From contig NMRA01000297.1 in assembly GCA_002633005.1 (NCBI GenBank), forward strand, positions 170,737-234,736: a DNA stretch of 64,000 nt, given 5' to 3'. Under the pieces are notes generated by a model, which made no database searches, was not told the DNA's origin, and saw only the letters and a list, made by a program, of their open reading frames with translations. Positions 14,465 to 26,864 of this stretch are shown here, piece by piece (position 1 is the first letter of the stretch; every line of letters begins with the position of its first letter). The translations under genes were made by a program, and so were the position numbers. The stretch comes from Phoronis australis. Lineage: Eukaryota > Animalia > Phoronida.

Positions 14465-15864
14465 GGTTATCTCCAACCTTATGTAGTGGACTCCATTCTA
14501 ACTCGTATATAAAAAAACTAAGCTTTGTCAACTTGTAAAAGTATATATTTTCTGATAGAACAAAGACTAGGAAATATAAATATACTTTTTGTATTGATGA
14601 GCCATTATTATTTTTACGTAAAAACCTTTTTTAAATCAAAATTTCATTTAAGAAAGGTACATTCATAGTAAAATAACCCCTCGGTCGATTTTAATGAAAC
14701 CTTTTTAAACGAAAACTTCACCAGATACCTCCAAATGGTGTTAGGAATTTTCGATTAGTCTGTTCGTTTGGTTTCTTTGACAAGGTGTTTTTGTAAAAGA
14801 ATTGAAGTTTTATTCGTCTATGTCACATTAAGCAAAAACTATGCTTTTATATCAAAAATCCTAAAAATATTTTTGAGATTGATGACTAAATATTAGGTGT
14901 GGAAAGTTTCAGCGAAATCCATCCAGTCGTTTTTGAGAACTAATGTTCCTAAGTTCAAATAAAGTCGATTTGCCGAAGCCGAGAAAAAGCCGATTTAACT
15001 GGGACAAATGCAAATCTCAAAGTCTTCGGTTAATATTCGATGAAAACTTGTTTTCGGTAGACATAACCTATACAATCCTTACCTATGTTAGCTATTTCAA
15101 CGTTCACTCGTAATGTCAACAGATTTTGCAGTGCGTAACTAACTTAATTAACATTAAAACCTCAAAATAGACTTTTTGTTCCCGGCCAAGCTTTACTGTT
15201 GTTTACCCCCTACTTTCTAAGTTGGTCACACTTCATAGCCTGTACACGTCACGTGATGGGAGACTGGTACGAAACCAAGTAAGAAATGGATTACAAAAAT
15301 CGAATCAATGGCTAAAGTATGTCGTTAGCATGAAGTCGAAATATCGAAATGTCAACTTATTATTTGAATTAAGGAATTAGGGTAAGGATTTATCTCTTTT
15401 CACAACTTTCTGTGTTCATAACCACAGATGCCTGAGGCGACTCGTAGCATTCGTTTTCAACGCCAACGGTCGCATGCATGTAGACTCACAACTCCCTTAG
15501 GATCAAAACTACGTTTTGTCTTTGTTTTCCCGGACACCATTCTATCATAAGTACACCTCGTTGGCTCAATGTTATGGCGACTTTGTGAATGAAAGGACTG
15601 ACTGAGGGTATACGAAGCTGTTCTGTACCTGGCGGGAGATTCGATTTACTTGACAGCCCTTTAACCTTTGATCTTGGTTAAGTAGTAAATAAATATCCAC
15701 GCGGTTGTGCGGTTCCAAGGTGGTTCTGCTAAATCTTTTTTTCTCGCCACGCGTTATGTATTTTGGATTTGAATTTCCCCGAGAATGAAGATAAGGTATT
15801 TTGCTAGACACAAGTGAAATATTGTAAAAATGGCCAGTTTTTGTGAATAATGTTGGAGATAACC
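14465..15864. mobile_element. Kolobok-like non-autonomous element K2 (1.4 kb)
   Basis: TTAA|GGTTATCTCCAACCTTAT ... ATAATGTTGGAGATAACC|TTAA: 18-bp TIRs with 1 mismatch and perfect TTAA TSD. Confidence 0.8.
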
Positions 15865-16727
15865 TTAATGCTCGTATTAAACATCACTGACTTCGGGCGG
15901 TTTTTGTTCCATGCAATCCACTTTCAATGACACCTAATTCAAGTCATTTTGTTAAATCATTGCGCTTTTCTAAGAATATTGGGGGCCCATTCCACGTAAA
16001 ATCGTTGCGTGTTCTTTTGGGTTCGTTACCAACTATTCTGACTAATGAGTCGGTGACCGCAGCTGCCTAGTCGTTAGTTGTCGAAAAATGTCTGCCTCCA
16101 GAGTTCAACTTAACGTAATTTTTGAACTTACGCATTATCGTGGAACGATCCCCAGTTCTTTGACAAGGAATGTGTTCAACAAGTCAGAGACAAAATTACA
16201 GTCTGAATTCAGTTCTTTGTGGCAAATTACAGATGGGTATATTTATATTTACAAATAATACAGCGCTTGCCAATAGTTCAGAAATAATCAATTTTTGAAG
16301 TTGGTGCACGCCTAAACAAGATTTTAAAGCTCAGCCTACTCGTTTCCAAAGAATAGGCCTACTCTGCATCCACAGCTGTCAAGACGTTCCTCGCAATATC
16401 GTTTAAGCTGAATATAGGGGCCGCTTTAAAATCCTTTTGGAACAGCACTGGCCGTCCACTATGGAAAGCCCGATGACAACATTGAACCATAAATGTGATC
16501 ATTTTAAAATCTTTGAGGACCACGATGTATCGGGACTTTGCTAAACATGTATTGTGTCCTCAATAAATAAACTTAAAATATTATTAATAATAACAACGAT
16601 AACGAAAACGAAGCGATAACGAGAAATGCTAGTGATAGAAGTAACAGCATTAATAGCAGTAACAGTAGTGATGGTAATGTAATAGTAATAAAAATGATAA
16701 TAGGTAGTCAAATTCATGTCGTGTCAG

Positions 16728-17006
16728 CCCGTGTCATTCCTATAGAACATGTATACGAAACGTGCAGCCCAAAAGGGTGTTTTTTCACAGAAAAAATACT
16801 CTCCAAAATGGTGCCATTTCCGAAAAACTATATCTGAAATGCAGCTTTCCTGAATTTCTGAAACAGAAGTGTGCGAAGTGTGAATTTTTACACAAATTAG
16901 TCTCTAAATGGGTCACTTTTGTTCGAGCCGGCTCTCTAAACGGGACGGTATTCAAATTTTTCGGGCGGCATTCATCATCTAAAAATACTCGAGTACCCCC
17001 CCCGGC
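16728..17006. mobile_element. Partial MITE with a GAGTACCCCCCCGG end
   Basis: Ends aaaaatactcgagtaccccccccgg and the left end is degenerate. CGTGTCAG occurs on both sides. Confidence 0.4.
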
Positions 17007-18539
17007 CGTGTCAGATACCACTTGTTCGTGATTTTGGTAATTTTTTTTGCAATATGACGTGGGTTTCGTAAAATGTAACAATGGTACATTTCTCGCATGT
17101 GCATTCGACGTGAAATTTAACAACTACGCAAAATGTAACAACTTATTATATTTTAGGAGAGGCTTAGCAACATAAAATATAACAATGACGTAAAATACAA
17201 CAGTTGTTACATTTTACGAAATTTTTACATTTTACGGCGTATTAGTGCATTCATGATGCTGCTGTTGAACCGGAATTCTAGCATTGTTTGATCGTTGGTA
17301 TTAGTGTTTTGCAGACGATAAAATGTAAGGCGTATAGATTTCTACTCTGCACTACTTTGTGATTCGCCCATGTAATATCAAAAAATTACATGTACGTATT
17401 CGTACCCAGTCGCAGTCAATCTGCAGTCCCAAAATATTAAACTCCAAATTCTGCTACATACGTGTAACCCAGTCAAAACTAATTTTTCTACACCCTGTGC
17501 TTACCATCGGTGTCGGAGTATAAATTCTCCTTCCAGGTGCGGCCGAAGTAATCTCATGAGCATACTTTCCAAACACTCGTCTTGCACTTATGAGCTTCTG
17601 CTTGCTTTTTTGGCGAGTCTCTTGGGTGTATTGTACACAACCTTGTTAACTAAAATGTAATTTGTAAAGTATTTAGCACAAGCATATCTCTTTCAAAGAG
17701 CTGTGTAATGATAGTCTCGAAGTCAATACAGTTCAGAATGTCATTTTCATACACATGAGTTTGAGCTAGTTTAAATATTTTGCCTTCCGACTCCCCCCTC
17801 ACCCCAATCCCCGTCAAGAGGGGCAATCAACGTCATGTGGATTATAGTGTGAACGTGTTGCTGAGATGGAGTGCGCCTTTCAATTTTCTGGTATTTTGTG
17901 TCATTTTTTCACTATTTCGATGTGTATTTGCGGTGCCAGTATTAACTTGGCATACAAGTTTCGGTAGTTTGATATTCTGCATTAAATGAATCATAGTTGC
18001 GTAATTTTGAAATGTCACGAGCCACGTTTTAAGCCCTTTTCAGTAGGTTTAGACATGGGTCGTCATTTTTTCAGTTTGACTTGCTGTAAAGATCGCCCCA
18101 GATTTGGAATCCCACCTACTCCCCCCTACAAGAGGGCGGAGAGGGGGGGAACGCATGTCAGCATTTTCCGATGAGATGCAACTGTGTGCAACCGGGAATG
18201 CGCTGAAAAATGGAACACCCCACGAGGGTTTTAAGGCACTCCAACAAGAAATTTTCAGATTTATCCATGTTGACGTGAATTTTGGTTCTTTACAGCGGTA
18301 GCCTGTATATTTCGTCAAAAATCATGACCCTGATAATTTGATCGACACAACGAGTTTCGTGCAAACGATCTTCAAATGAATTTGTATTCTTCGATATTTT
18401 TCGAAGAAAATAGCCGATTTTTTATGAACCATCGAGAATGTTATCCTTGCGTAATTCACAGATAGTGGTTTTTAAGTCAGTTTTAATAACTTTCGATTCC
18501 GGTCAATGATATAGCTAGTTAATAGTATCACGTTTATTT

Positions 18540-19719
18540 TTTGTATTGTCGCATGTCTTGATGCTACTGTGTTTCGCATGAGCGTATCATATAGTTTTCT
18601 TGAGCACACAATGTGGTCTTCATAACTTGGTTTTCATGAGCGCATTATGTAGTTTCATGAACATGTCAATCAATATGAAAGGTATGTTGCCCAAATACTG
18701 GAAACAAACAATTACATTATCGGGTCACCTTCCCTACCATAAAAGTTTGTACATTTCACAAAAATGTAAGCAAAAGCAATTGTTTCCATGGTTTAGGAAC
18801 TCTATGTGAGTGGCCCCTTACAAAGGATAAGGAAAACATTAATCAAAATAATAACCATGAATGCCATCTGCCGACCCTTTTCAAGAGCTGGGATTTATTT
18901 CAAATGATATAATTTCAAAGAAAACATGGAAAAAGGAGCGACTCCATTATACAGTGTCTTCTTATTTAGATGTCTAAATCAATTTGCCATGGAAAATCAG
19001 GACATACATTTTTTGGACAGTTTCGAAGACTGTAAGCAAAATTTTTATAACTGTGGACCCCTACAAACATGTCCTAGCCAGAGCTCCCTAAGGGTGAATC
19101 CATCCTTGGTAATTGACAAATATCATTAAAATATTCTTTCTTCTAGTTGTTTCACTATTTTCTTTTCTTAGTCTAGTTGCCAGCCAAATAGCTCCCATAG
19201 TGAACCCAGCAATTTTGATTACTGTAAAGTTTTTTGTTGAAATATATCAAATATGATCAGGAGAACAAAATTAGCTTGGTTGCACTTAGTGCAACTTTGA
19301 GCACTTTTTGCAATTCAAGATGGCGTATTCCGCCATTTTGAATTTCGACCCACTTTGGGTTTTTCTACTTGATGACTAACAGGGTGATGTAGTACATTGT
19401 TCATACCTTTTTCTGTGATGGGGAGTCCATTTCTGGTGTTAGTGTATTAATACGGGGTCATTTTAAAGGTCAAATCAGAGGTCAAATGTCAAAACTGCCT
19501 AGCAGCCTTCTGACATTTAGTTTTTTATCTCACTATTTTTCATTTTCTTCGTTAACGTCTTAAAGATATATTTTCAAAAGGCTCAGTATTACATACATGT
19601 ACTGTACTGGGCCAAACATTTTGCTAACAAGTTTCATAAGGGTTGTTTTGGGACAATAGAGAAAGCACATGGCATGGGAATGCTCATACGCTCAGCAATT
19701 CAATGCTGGTGCGTCTAGT
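18540..19719 (+). mobile_element. Helitron/Helentron-like non-autonomous element
   Basis: 3' hairpin ACGC-TCAGCA..TGCTGGTGCGT followed by CTAGT. Internal caagatggcg..cgccattttgaa and AGGTCA motifs. The 5' end is approximate. Confidence 0.45.
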
Positions 19720-19721
19720 AT

Positions 19722-20333
19722 GGTTACTACCCATTATTCCAAAAGCACTTCTCCGAAAGGCCTCTACTCCGAAAAGAAAACATTAATCCGAAGAAACCCA
19801 CGCCTCCTCCAAATATGAACGCATTTGTTTCATTTTATAACACTAATACATGCGCGCACCCAGTCTAAAATATGGGGGGACTCGAATTTTTGGCAGTGTG
19901 GACGTTCAGGGCTATGAATTGTGCGTTCGTGCCTTTTCAGTGACTTTTGTCTCGTTTCCTCGAACATTTTGTAGTTTGGAGGCGGACCTTTTAGCCCACT
20001 TCGCCAAATGGGGGGTTCATTGGAACCCCCCGAGCCCCCTCCCCCTTTCTCTCGATCAAGCGAACTTCAAAACAGATAGGATACAAGAGTTGTTATCTGC
20101 TAACACAGTAATAGTGGCAGAAATAGGCCATTGGACTTCATTGTCCAAATCTATTTCTGTGTGGGTATTTTGTTAGTAAGTAACAAATTAATAAACCATT
20201 CGTGAAATTTTGAGAAAATTTTGGAAGATCGAGTAAAAAATCGTATTAACGGTGTTGTTTCGGAGTAGTGGACCTTCGGAGTAGCTGTTTTTTTCGAGTT
20301 GTGGCATGGCCCATCGGAGTATTAACCTGTTAC
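19722..20333. mobile_element. MITE with subterminal ACTCCGAA/TTCGGAGT repeats (hosts a family A copy)
   Basis: Repeated TCCGAA motifs at 19735-19793 and inverted TTCGGAGT motifs at 20258-20322. Confidence 0.45.
19849..20045 (+). mobile_element. MITE family A, right-truncated copy
   Basis: Starts CATGCGCGCACCCAGTCT and shares the internal ggcggaccttt..cacttcgccaaatgggggg segment. Confidence 0.7.
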
Positions 20334-21316
20334 AATCCAGTATAGTCAACGGAAAGGCTAGATGTTCTGTAGGTAGACAATATCATCATAGCCATGTTGT
20401 TATTCAATGTCTACTCAAATGGGGCCAAGTCTTATGAAGGTCTTATGGTTTACCTAAAGATGGTCCTTCAACAACCCTGTCTCAAGGAGATAATGACATA
20501 TTTCTTCCTAGCAGGTCACTATAATTGTGTACGGTACCTGCGCTGGTGTAGTAGTTTTCAAAATAAACCAAACAACGTGAAAATTCTTTCTTCTTTGTCT
20601 TAGTTTTCACAATTTGCACGTAACTCCATCCATAAATAAACAATTAAACGGTTAAGCGCAATAACGTCAAACTAAACCACGACAAAAGTTCGACAAACGT
20701 GCAATAAGTGTTCGACCCAGATGCTAAAAATTTCTGGCAAGAAGTTTATACCAAGTTTAGCAGTTTGACAAAGTTCTTTCGAAGCTTATATTGAAGTTTT
20801 CTGTTTGTGGAGCACCTGTCCAATAATATCAAAACGTATTCGAAGCTACGCTCACCTGTCTATCTCGAGTACCCCACCCTATCCTATGGCAGTCGCTACG
20901 AAGGTTTCAGCACACGCCTGTAAATTATTGGGGCCAGAGTGTGGGTCACTCCCACCACCTAGGTCCTGGTTTAGTGGCCCGTGTGGGTGACGCTGCCTCA
21001 AACGCATGAGTGGTAGGTGATAGCCCGTACCCTTCTGCCACCGCTTCCTGCTCATATGGTGACTGTAACGTTAACTTAGTAAAGCCTCGTGGGTAAAAAC
21101 GACCCTCCTCAAAAGAAAGTTTATAATTGACATCAGGTTGATTTCCATTCAAATAGAGTGCTTACAAAACATTCATACCCACTAATCACAAAAAATTAAT
21201 GGAAAAGTCAGTGTGAAAAGTTTGGTCGTCTACTCAAGTTTATATCAGGAACGTCTCACACAAGAACAAAAATCATTGTAAACGTTACTCTCGGAAAGAC
21301 ATCACATGCACCTTAA

Positions 21317-22557
21317 AGAGTTCCCACCATGCATTTTCTTACGTTTTCAGGTTTCAGTTAGCTAATATGAATCGAATACCATAAAATCTTGCTAAATATG
21401 CACTTTTTATGCCAAATAGTGGCAACTTTTTTTAATTTTGAAGAAAAATTACTTATTTCTAAGTTTCCCGCCAAATGATGCAATGGGTGGAAGACGGTTG
21501 GCCGCTTGACAATCATTTGCAATGTAGGAACACTGCAGGTCAGAAGACAATGACAATATTAGGCGAGAATTGGACAATTATTATGCAGACAGAGAGGAGA
21601 GTGGATACGGGCACTTATACTCAAGTACTTGAAGAATCAGACAACGAATTCGATTTCCCATTCATCGAACTTTCGTCGGGTTTAGGCCGTATGAACTCGA
21701 CCCACTTGCACGAGAAATGACATATGTGAGCCACAACCAACTCTACCAAGTGGTGGTCAATACTCAAAAAATAGACACTTAATAATTACTGACACAGCCA
21801 ACCACAGTCTAAACACAATATGCATAAGCACTCGATCTGGGTCGGGGTCCAGGGCCTGGCATCACTCGCCCTAGAATGGAAGCAGTTTGTTCGTTATTTA
21901 CAAAATTTTCAAATACACTTACATGTTGGTGAGTCCTTCATTGTAACGCCGCTTATGTGTGTGGTCGAAACATGATTCTTTGAAATATGCCGATCAAAGT
22001 GTGGCTTACGCCAAACTGAATCTCATGTTCCACACTGACACTCCACACTCTTGTTCGACGCACAATCATGGGTGGCGCAGCACTGAAAAAAGTGGGGGCT
22101 AACCCCCCCCCAGCCCTCCTGTGTTGCACCGCCTATAGACCATGGGCGGCTTAGCCCTGAAAAAGTGGGAGGCTATAGCCCTACCCCAGGCCCCTATGGT
22201 GCGCCGCCCATGACAAACCGATGCCATTTTTGTGCAACTTTCACGTATTTAGGAAATTTGAACACTAAGACGTTCACAGTCAAGTTGTTGTTACCACAGT
22301 TTCCACAAACGCACCTTTTCATGTCTGAAAAAGACGGCCACACGCGGACTTTCTTCACAACTCCTCAGTATCGCACTGGTAAAACAACAACGGCTGAGGT
22401 GGTCTTCCACCCATTGCGTACAAACTCTATAACAGAAAAATATATTTTTAAAATTTTTAGATTGTTCCGTAGCAACAGGTGTATTAAAGGCTATTAAATC
22501 TGTTAAGATGTAATAATAAAATTCCTTTTTGAGACACAGGGTCATGGTGGGAACTCT
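21317..22557 (+). mobile_element. Kolobok-like non-autonomous element, family K1 copy 1
   Basis: TTAA|AGAGTTCCCACCATG ... CATGGTGGGAACTCT|CTAA. Colinear with 56569-57473 over most of its length. TTAA target and RR..YY termini fit Kolobok. Confidence 0.7.
22067..22212. mobile_element. Head-to-tail dimer of a ~72-bp hAT-like micro-MITE inserted in a Kolobok-like element
   Basis: Two similar units (22067-22137 and 22141-22212) with CATGGGYGGC..GCCGCCCATG-type TIRs. Flanks ACAAT/ACAAA. The paralogous host copy has the empty site ACAAA at 57127-57131. Confidence 0.75.
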
Positions 22558-23849
22558 CTAATTAGCAATACAAAATTGGTACTCTCTCTGAGCACACACT
22601 TTTCATTGAGCACTGCTGTCGAATGCACTGCGGTCGACGCAACTGCAAATATTCAAAATAGAATCACAAATTTTCTAAACATTGCGATGGAGTTGTGTGG
22701 GCTCTTTTGATTGTATGGCGGGACTCTGATCATGTTTTGTGCGAGCGCGTCCCTAGTTGTAACTATATGTTGGATAAATGGAAAATCCTTCCCTTAGTGT
22801 GAAGTTCGTATCATGACCGCAAGCCGCATCGAACATTGATCGTCGCGGGGCCCCCTTGGTCTTGGGGACCCTGAACTAGAGGCATAACTTCAGTCCCTAA
22901 ACTTCTCAAACCAGTAAACAGCAGTGCTACAAATTCCATAGTCGGGCGCCTAAACTCTACATTGTCACCATGGGATCATTGTCGGATTTTACGGGAGCGG
23001 TTAGGAATATTTTTCTGCGGCTTTGGTGTTTGCTTGTCCGAGTCTGGAGTTAAATGAATCAAAAACCACAGAATCAGTTCCACCGCTTTAGGTGGAATTC
23101 AATATTTTTGAGCCGCCAATCGATTTACAACCCGCCGTTGAATTCAGCGGCTCTACCAATTTCATTAACAATCGACGGCTGCTGTGGTGACTGGCCATTT
23201 GGAGTTTTGAAGTACCTGTAATATCTGCGTACGACATTGACGTTGATTTTAGAGTCATCTCATTGAGATGCACGTTTTCTGAGCTAGAGACCAAACACTA
23301 AACTCACGTACATGTACGACTGACGAGAGTAAAACGTTGGCTTTAGTGATCGATCTTCAGTGGCGGATATACGTTTTCAGTATGGGGGGGGGGTTAGGAT
23401 TCCCGCATAGGTCTAATCCGAGGCGCGTGGCGCCGAGCGGGAGGAAACCCCCCTCCCGTGTAAGGCAATTTTTGTTTTTGTAGCCAAACAGTGAATTTTT
23501 CAGGAATCCTGGTAAGTTTATGGCACTTAACATGTCCCTGGAGTTTTTCTAAAGATAATTAAAGACCCTTCTCGATTTCTTCACATGAACTTGGCTCATA
23601 AGTTTCGTGAAACCATAGTTGTGCACATCTGGGTATGAGTCACAACACCAGCAAAAATTTTTGTTGCAACATCTGCTTACAAACACCTTTTGTAGCATAC
23701 AAAAAAGTGTAGTGTGTATACAGGGGTTTAGACAACTACCAAATATTCAAGAGCATGAGGAGCACCGACGAGGCGTAAAAACTTGAATATCAGATGATCG
23801 CAACAGCTTTAAGCTGTTTAAGATCGAAGACCTGTACTGTTAATAGTCC

Positions 23850-24830
23850 GGAAATAAACATGTGTTCTGTCTCGTTACGAGAAAAACTGGCGAACGATGG
23901 TGCTCTCAGCTCATAGTCTGTTATTGAAAGCGACAATAAACAATTAGGCATCACTCTATTAAGCTGAATCACGTTGACAACAATTGAAAAACGTGAAATG
24001 TATCAGGAAACAAATCACCTGAAAACAGTTTCACGAAACCAAAACATTCTGTTCACCATGGTGAAAGGATAACAGGACCAGTTCGCAGAGGGGCCAGATG
24101 TACACTGAGAGTACACAAAAGCTCTGGCTTGGTCCGTCATGAGACCAAAAGTACACCTGTGCTGATTATCACTAAACCAGAATCAGTTTCTGTGCGCTCG
24201 TAGACCCTTTGCTGTACTGGGTAAATTTGGCATGTCCAAAAATAATTTCTATTTCGTTTTCATTGTACACAAACATAAAAACGACATTATATACAGGGCC
24301 CGCTTGGAAAGCAGTGCTATCACTGAAGAGGCCACCCTCATTTTAAATATCACAATAATAAATAAATAAATACAAACTGTGTAGAATTATAACTTATTAC
24401 CTGGGTGTTTCTCCAGAAACATTGGTCCTATCTTTCTGTTGTCTAGACTGCCGAGGAATCTGTATATCGGATCCAATGGTTTGGTCGTCTTAGAACCATT
24501 CTACCCAGATATCTTTGATGTTTGTTCCCAAAGCTTGCACTTCGTCAACTTCTGGTGTCAATGAGCTTGTAAGCCTCTGCAATGTCAACATCTCGTTTCG
24601 CAGCTCCATCCAAGAGAATTACAGCATGCGCAACTACATTTGATCCGTTCATCATGGACTACTTCAAATTTTGACGTAATATCCCAGGATCTATTTGCAT
24701 CTCTTGCAATTTTGAACATCGCACGAGTTCCGCAAGATTTTGTTGTGAAAGTACAGCCTCCCCGCAATTTCTGTACTGGTCGCAAATGCGGTCACTTTGT
24801 CAATGTGAGTGCCCCCTTGGTCATTCCTTG
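23850..24830 (-). pseudogene. Degenerate hAT transposase (PRKRIR/THAP12-Tip100-like) fragments
   Basis: Manual minus-strand translation across frameshifts and stops gives RLYFH..RNSCDVQN; KRDVDIAEAYKLID; NIKDIWVEWF*..IQIPRQSRQQKDRTNVSGETP (PRxxxxQxxRxN motif); and DLFPDTFHVFQLLST / SLSITDYEAESTI (resembling the hAT C-terminal FPN..TLP+TS.E.ERS motif). Possible intron remnant 24019-24400. Confidence 0.65.
24293..24372 (+). mobile_element. Short 3' tail of a non-LTR retroelement (LINE/SINE) inside the hAT element
   Basis: gggcccgcttggaaagcagtg..cactgaagaggccaccct (small stem-loop) followed by an (AATA)n tail. Confidence 0.4.
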
Positions 24831-26864
24831 TATAGACATATCTTGTTAGAGTGTATCTTCAAACGGACTCGCGACCCGACTACGGCGCCCGCCACAACAG
24901 CAATTCTTTGGAAAACGATTTTTAAAAAAAATATTACATGTATATGTACACTGTATGATATTGCGCAAGACAAGAAGACCTTACTATACACCAGTCAAAT
25001 TCGAGTTACAAACGTGTGGAGTGTAATAGGATGACACGGCATGACAGATGAGGTAAAAACGTTGCACGTCAATTCGCCTGAATATCAGGGTTGCGGCACC
25101 ACAGCATTTCCCCTAATCAAATCAAAACATATCTTAGAGTAAAGAAGCTAGTTACGTAAAGAAATCAGCTATAGAGCTGCTCTTTCAGCGGTGCATCCAC
25201 CTAAAATGCTTGGCTACTTCAGAAGTGTCGACGGAAGCGCGCGCACAATTGTTCTCCGTGCGTTTTGCCGATGAGCCACGAAGACTCGAAATGCGTTGAT
25301 TTTCATAAAAGCAATTCACTATGCAAAAAAATTATATTTTTCCTCAATTTTTCCAAGTTGGTTTACACGCGCTGGCGATGCCGTTTTTGTTTTGCTGGAG
25401 ACGTTTTTGTTTTTTTATTTTTGGTCCTGGCCCAAGGGGGGGGGGTTTAAACCACCTGAACCCCCGTAGATCCGCCACTGATCTTAGTGAGATACTTCAC
25501 GCTAGTGTTGGCTTACATCAGTCACGTGGTACTTGCCCATAAATATTATGCTATTTACACTAAGATGACAGATATATGTAGTATGCTTTTGTTAACGCGT
25601 TTTTAAAGCAACTGGCCTGCTTCTTGGTCAGACGTCTTATCTACCTTATCCGTCACCTGAACGTTGTCATGATAATGTAATTTACCCTATAGATAAGCAT
25701 TTGAATGGTGTTGGGCTACAGTTAGTTGGCACTGTACACTTGAACAGTTTACTGGTTCTAACAAACAAATAAAACTCACATTTACCCAAGTTGCGCGACA
25801 AACAAAAGTTGATTCAACTTTATTGTCAAAGCACTAAAATCCTGACAGCGATATGGCTGAATGGCTGAATGTAAGTGACGTGTTGATGGGGCATCGACTC
25901 CTTCTCACATATTGCTGTGCTATGTTCTGACATTGAGAGTTCAAAGAGTTAGCATCGTATATTATCTTTGTATCAGTCGTTCTTGGTTTTTAACGTTTGT
26001 CATAACGTTGTAAAAGGTTCTCCATGTCTTTTTGTGTGACACCTGGTTATTACCGCAGCTTCAATGTCAGTGCCCTCGCCGTGTCGAAAAATTGTCAAGA
26101 TGCTGCAGAAATACGGATCCAGGCGGTCTGTACTTTTAATTGTTTATATATACTTTAGAGCATGGCTGGAAAGCTCGAATTGAAACACGAGAGTTTGTTT
26201 TTACGAATGTATTTGATAGATCACAGCACAAGATATGCAATGACAAATGGAAAAATGAAATTACAACAAGAGAATTGTCACAGAAAACACTGATTTCCAT
26301 TTTTAGTTTGAAAAAAACTATAAAATAAGTTAAACAAACTTAATCAATAGATTTTGAACTAACAGCATGAGATAAGAACATTTAAATATAAATAACACGA
26401 CTACGTCAATAATATAACTTACTTTAAACCAGACTAACAAACCAAATGAATATGATACAGTGACAATGAACATGAATATAACACTGGGGAATACAAAATG
26501 TCGTGAACCAGAAACTATGCTTTTCGCAGGAAACCGTCTTAAAAACGACATGTGGACACCTTGTTTTGCTAGTGACCGATGGGGAGGTGGGCGGCCACAG
26601 TGGCCTCCCAAAGTCCGCTTATACAGGTATGATGGTAGAGTAGACGTAGGCCTGAGTAACAACTCAAAGTAAATGTATATATTCTATTAAAACTGCATTT
26701 CGCCCTATTACCGGTGTTTTACTTTCATAAAATCGGTCTCATATCTCGATATACATGGAGGATTCTACTTCTGTATCCAGCAAGAACATTGAAACCATCA
26801 GCGACTCAAAACACGACTCGGACTTCATTTTGGATTCCGGTAAAGAATTTTACGAGACCGATTT

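Larger units (their letters stand above)
13204..17244. mobile_element. 4-kb foldback-like TIR element with ~195-bp modular arms
   Basis: 13204-13399 and 17051-17244 are inverted copies built of AAAATGTAACAA/TTGTTACATTTT modules. Flanks GTGCAGT / GTGCATT. Hosts K2 and a partial MITE. Confidence 0.65.
23358..25480 (-). mobile_element. Internally deleted hAT-superfamily DNA transposon with 5-bp TSD (hAT5-like)
   Basis: TIRs CAGTGGCGGAT(A/C)TAC ... GTAGATCCGCCACTG, flanked on both sides by ATCTT (23353-57 and 25481-85). Contains decayed hAT transposase fragments. Confidence 0.8.
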
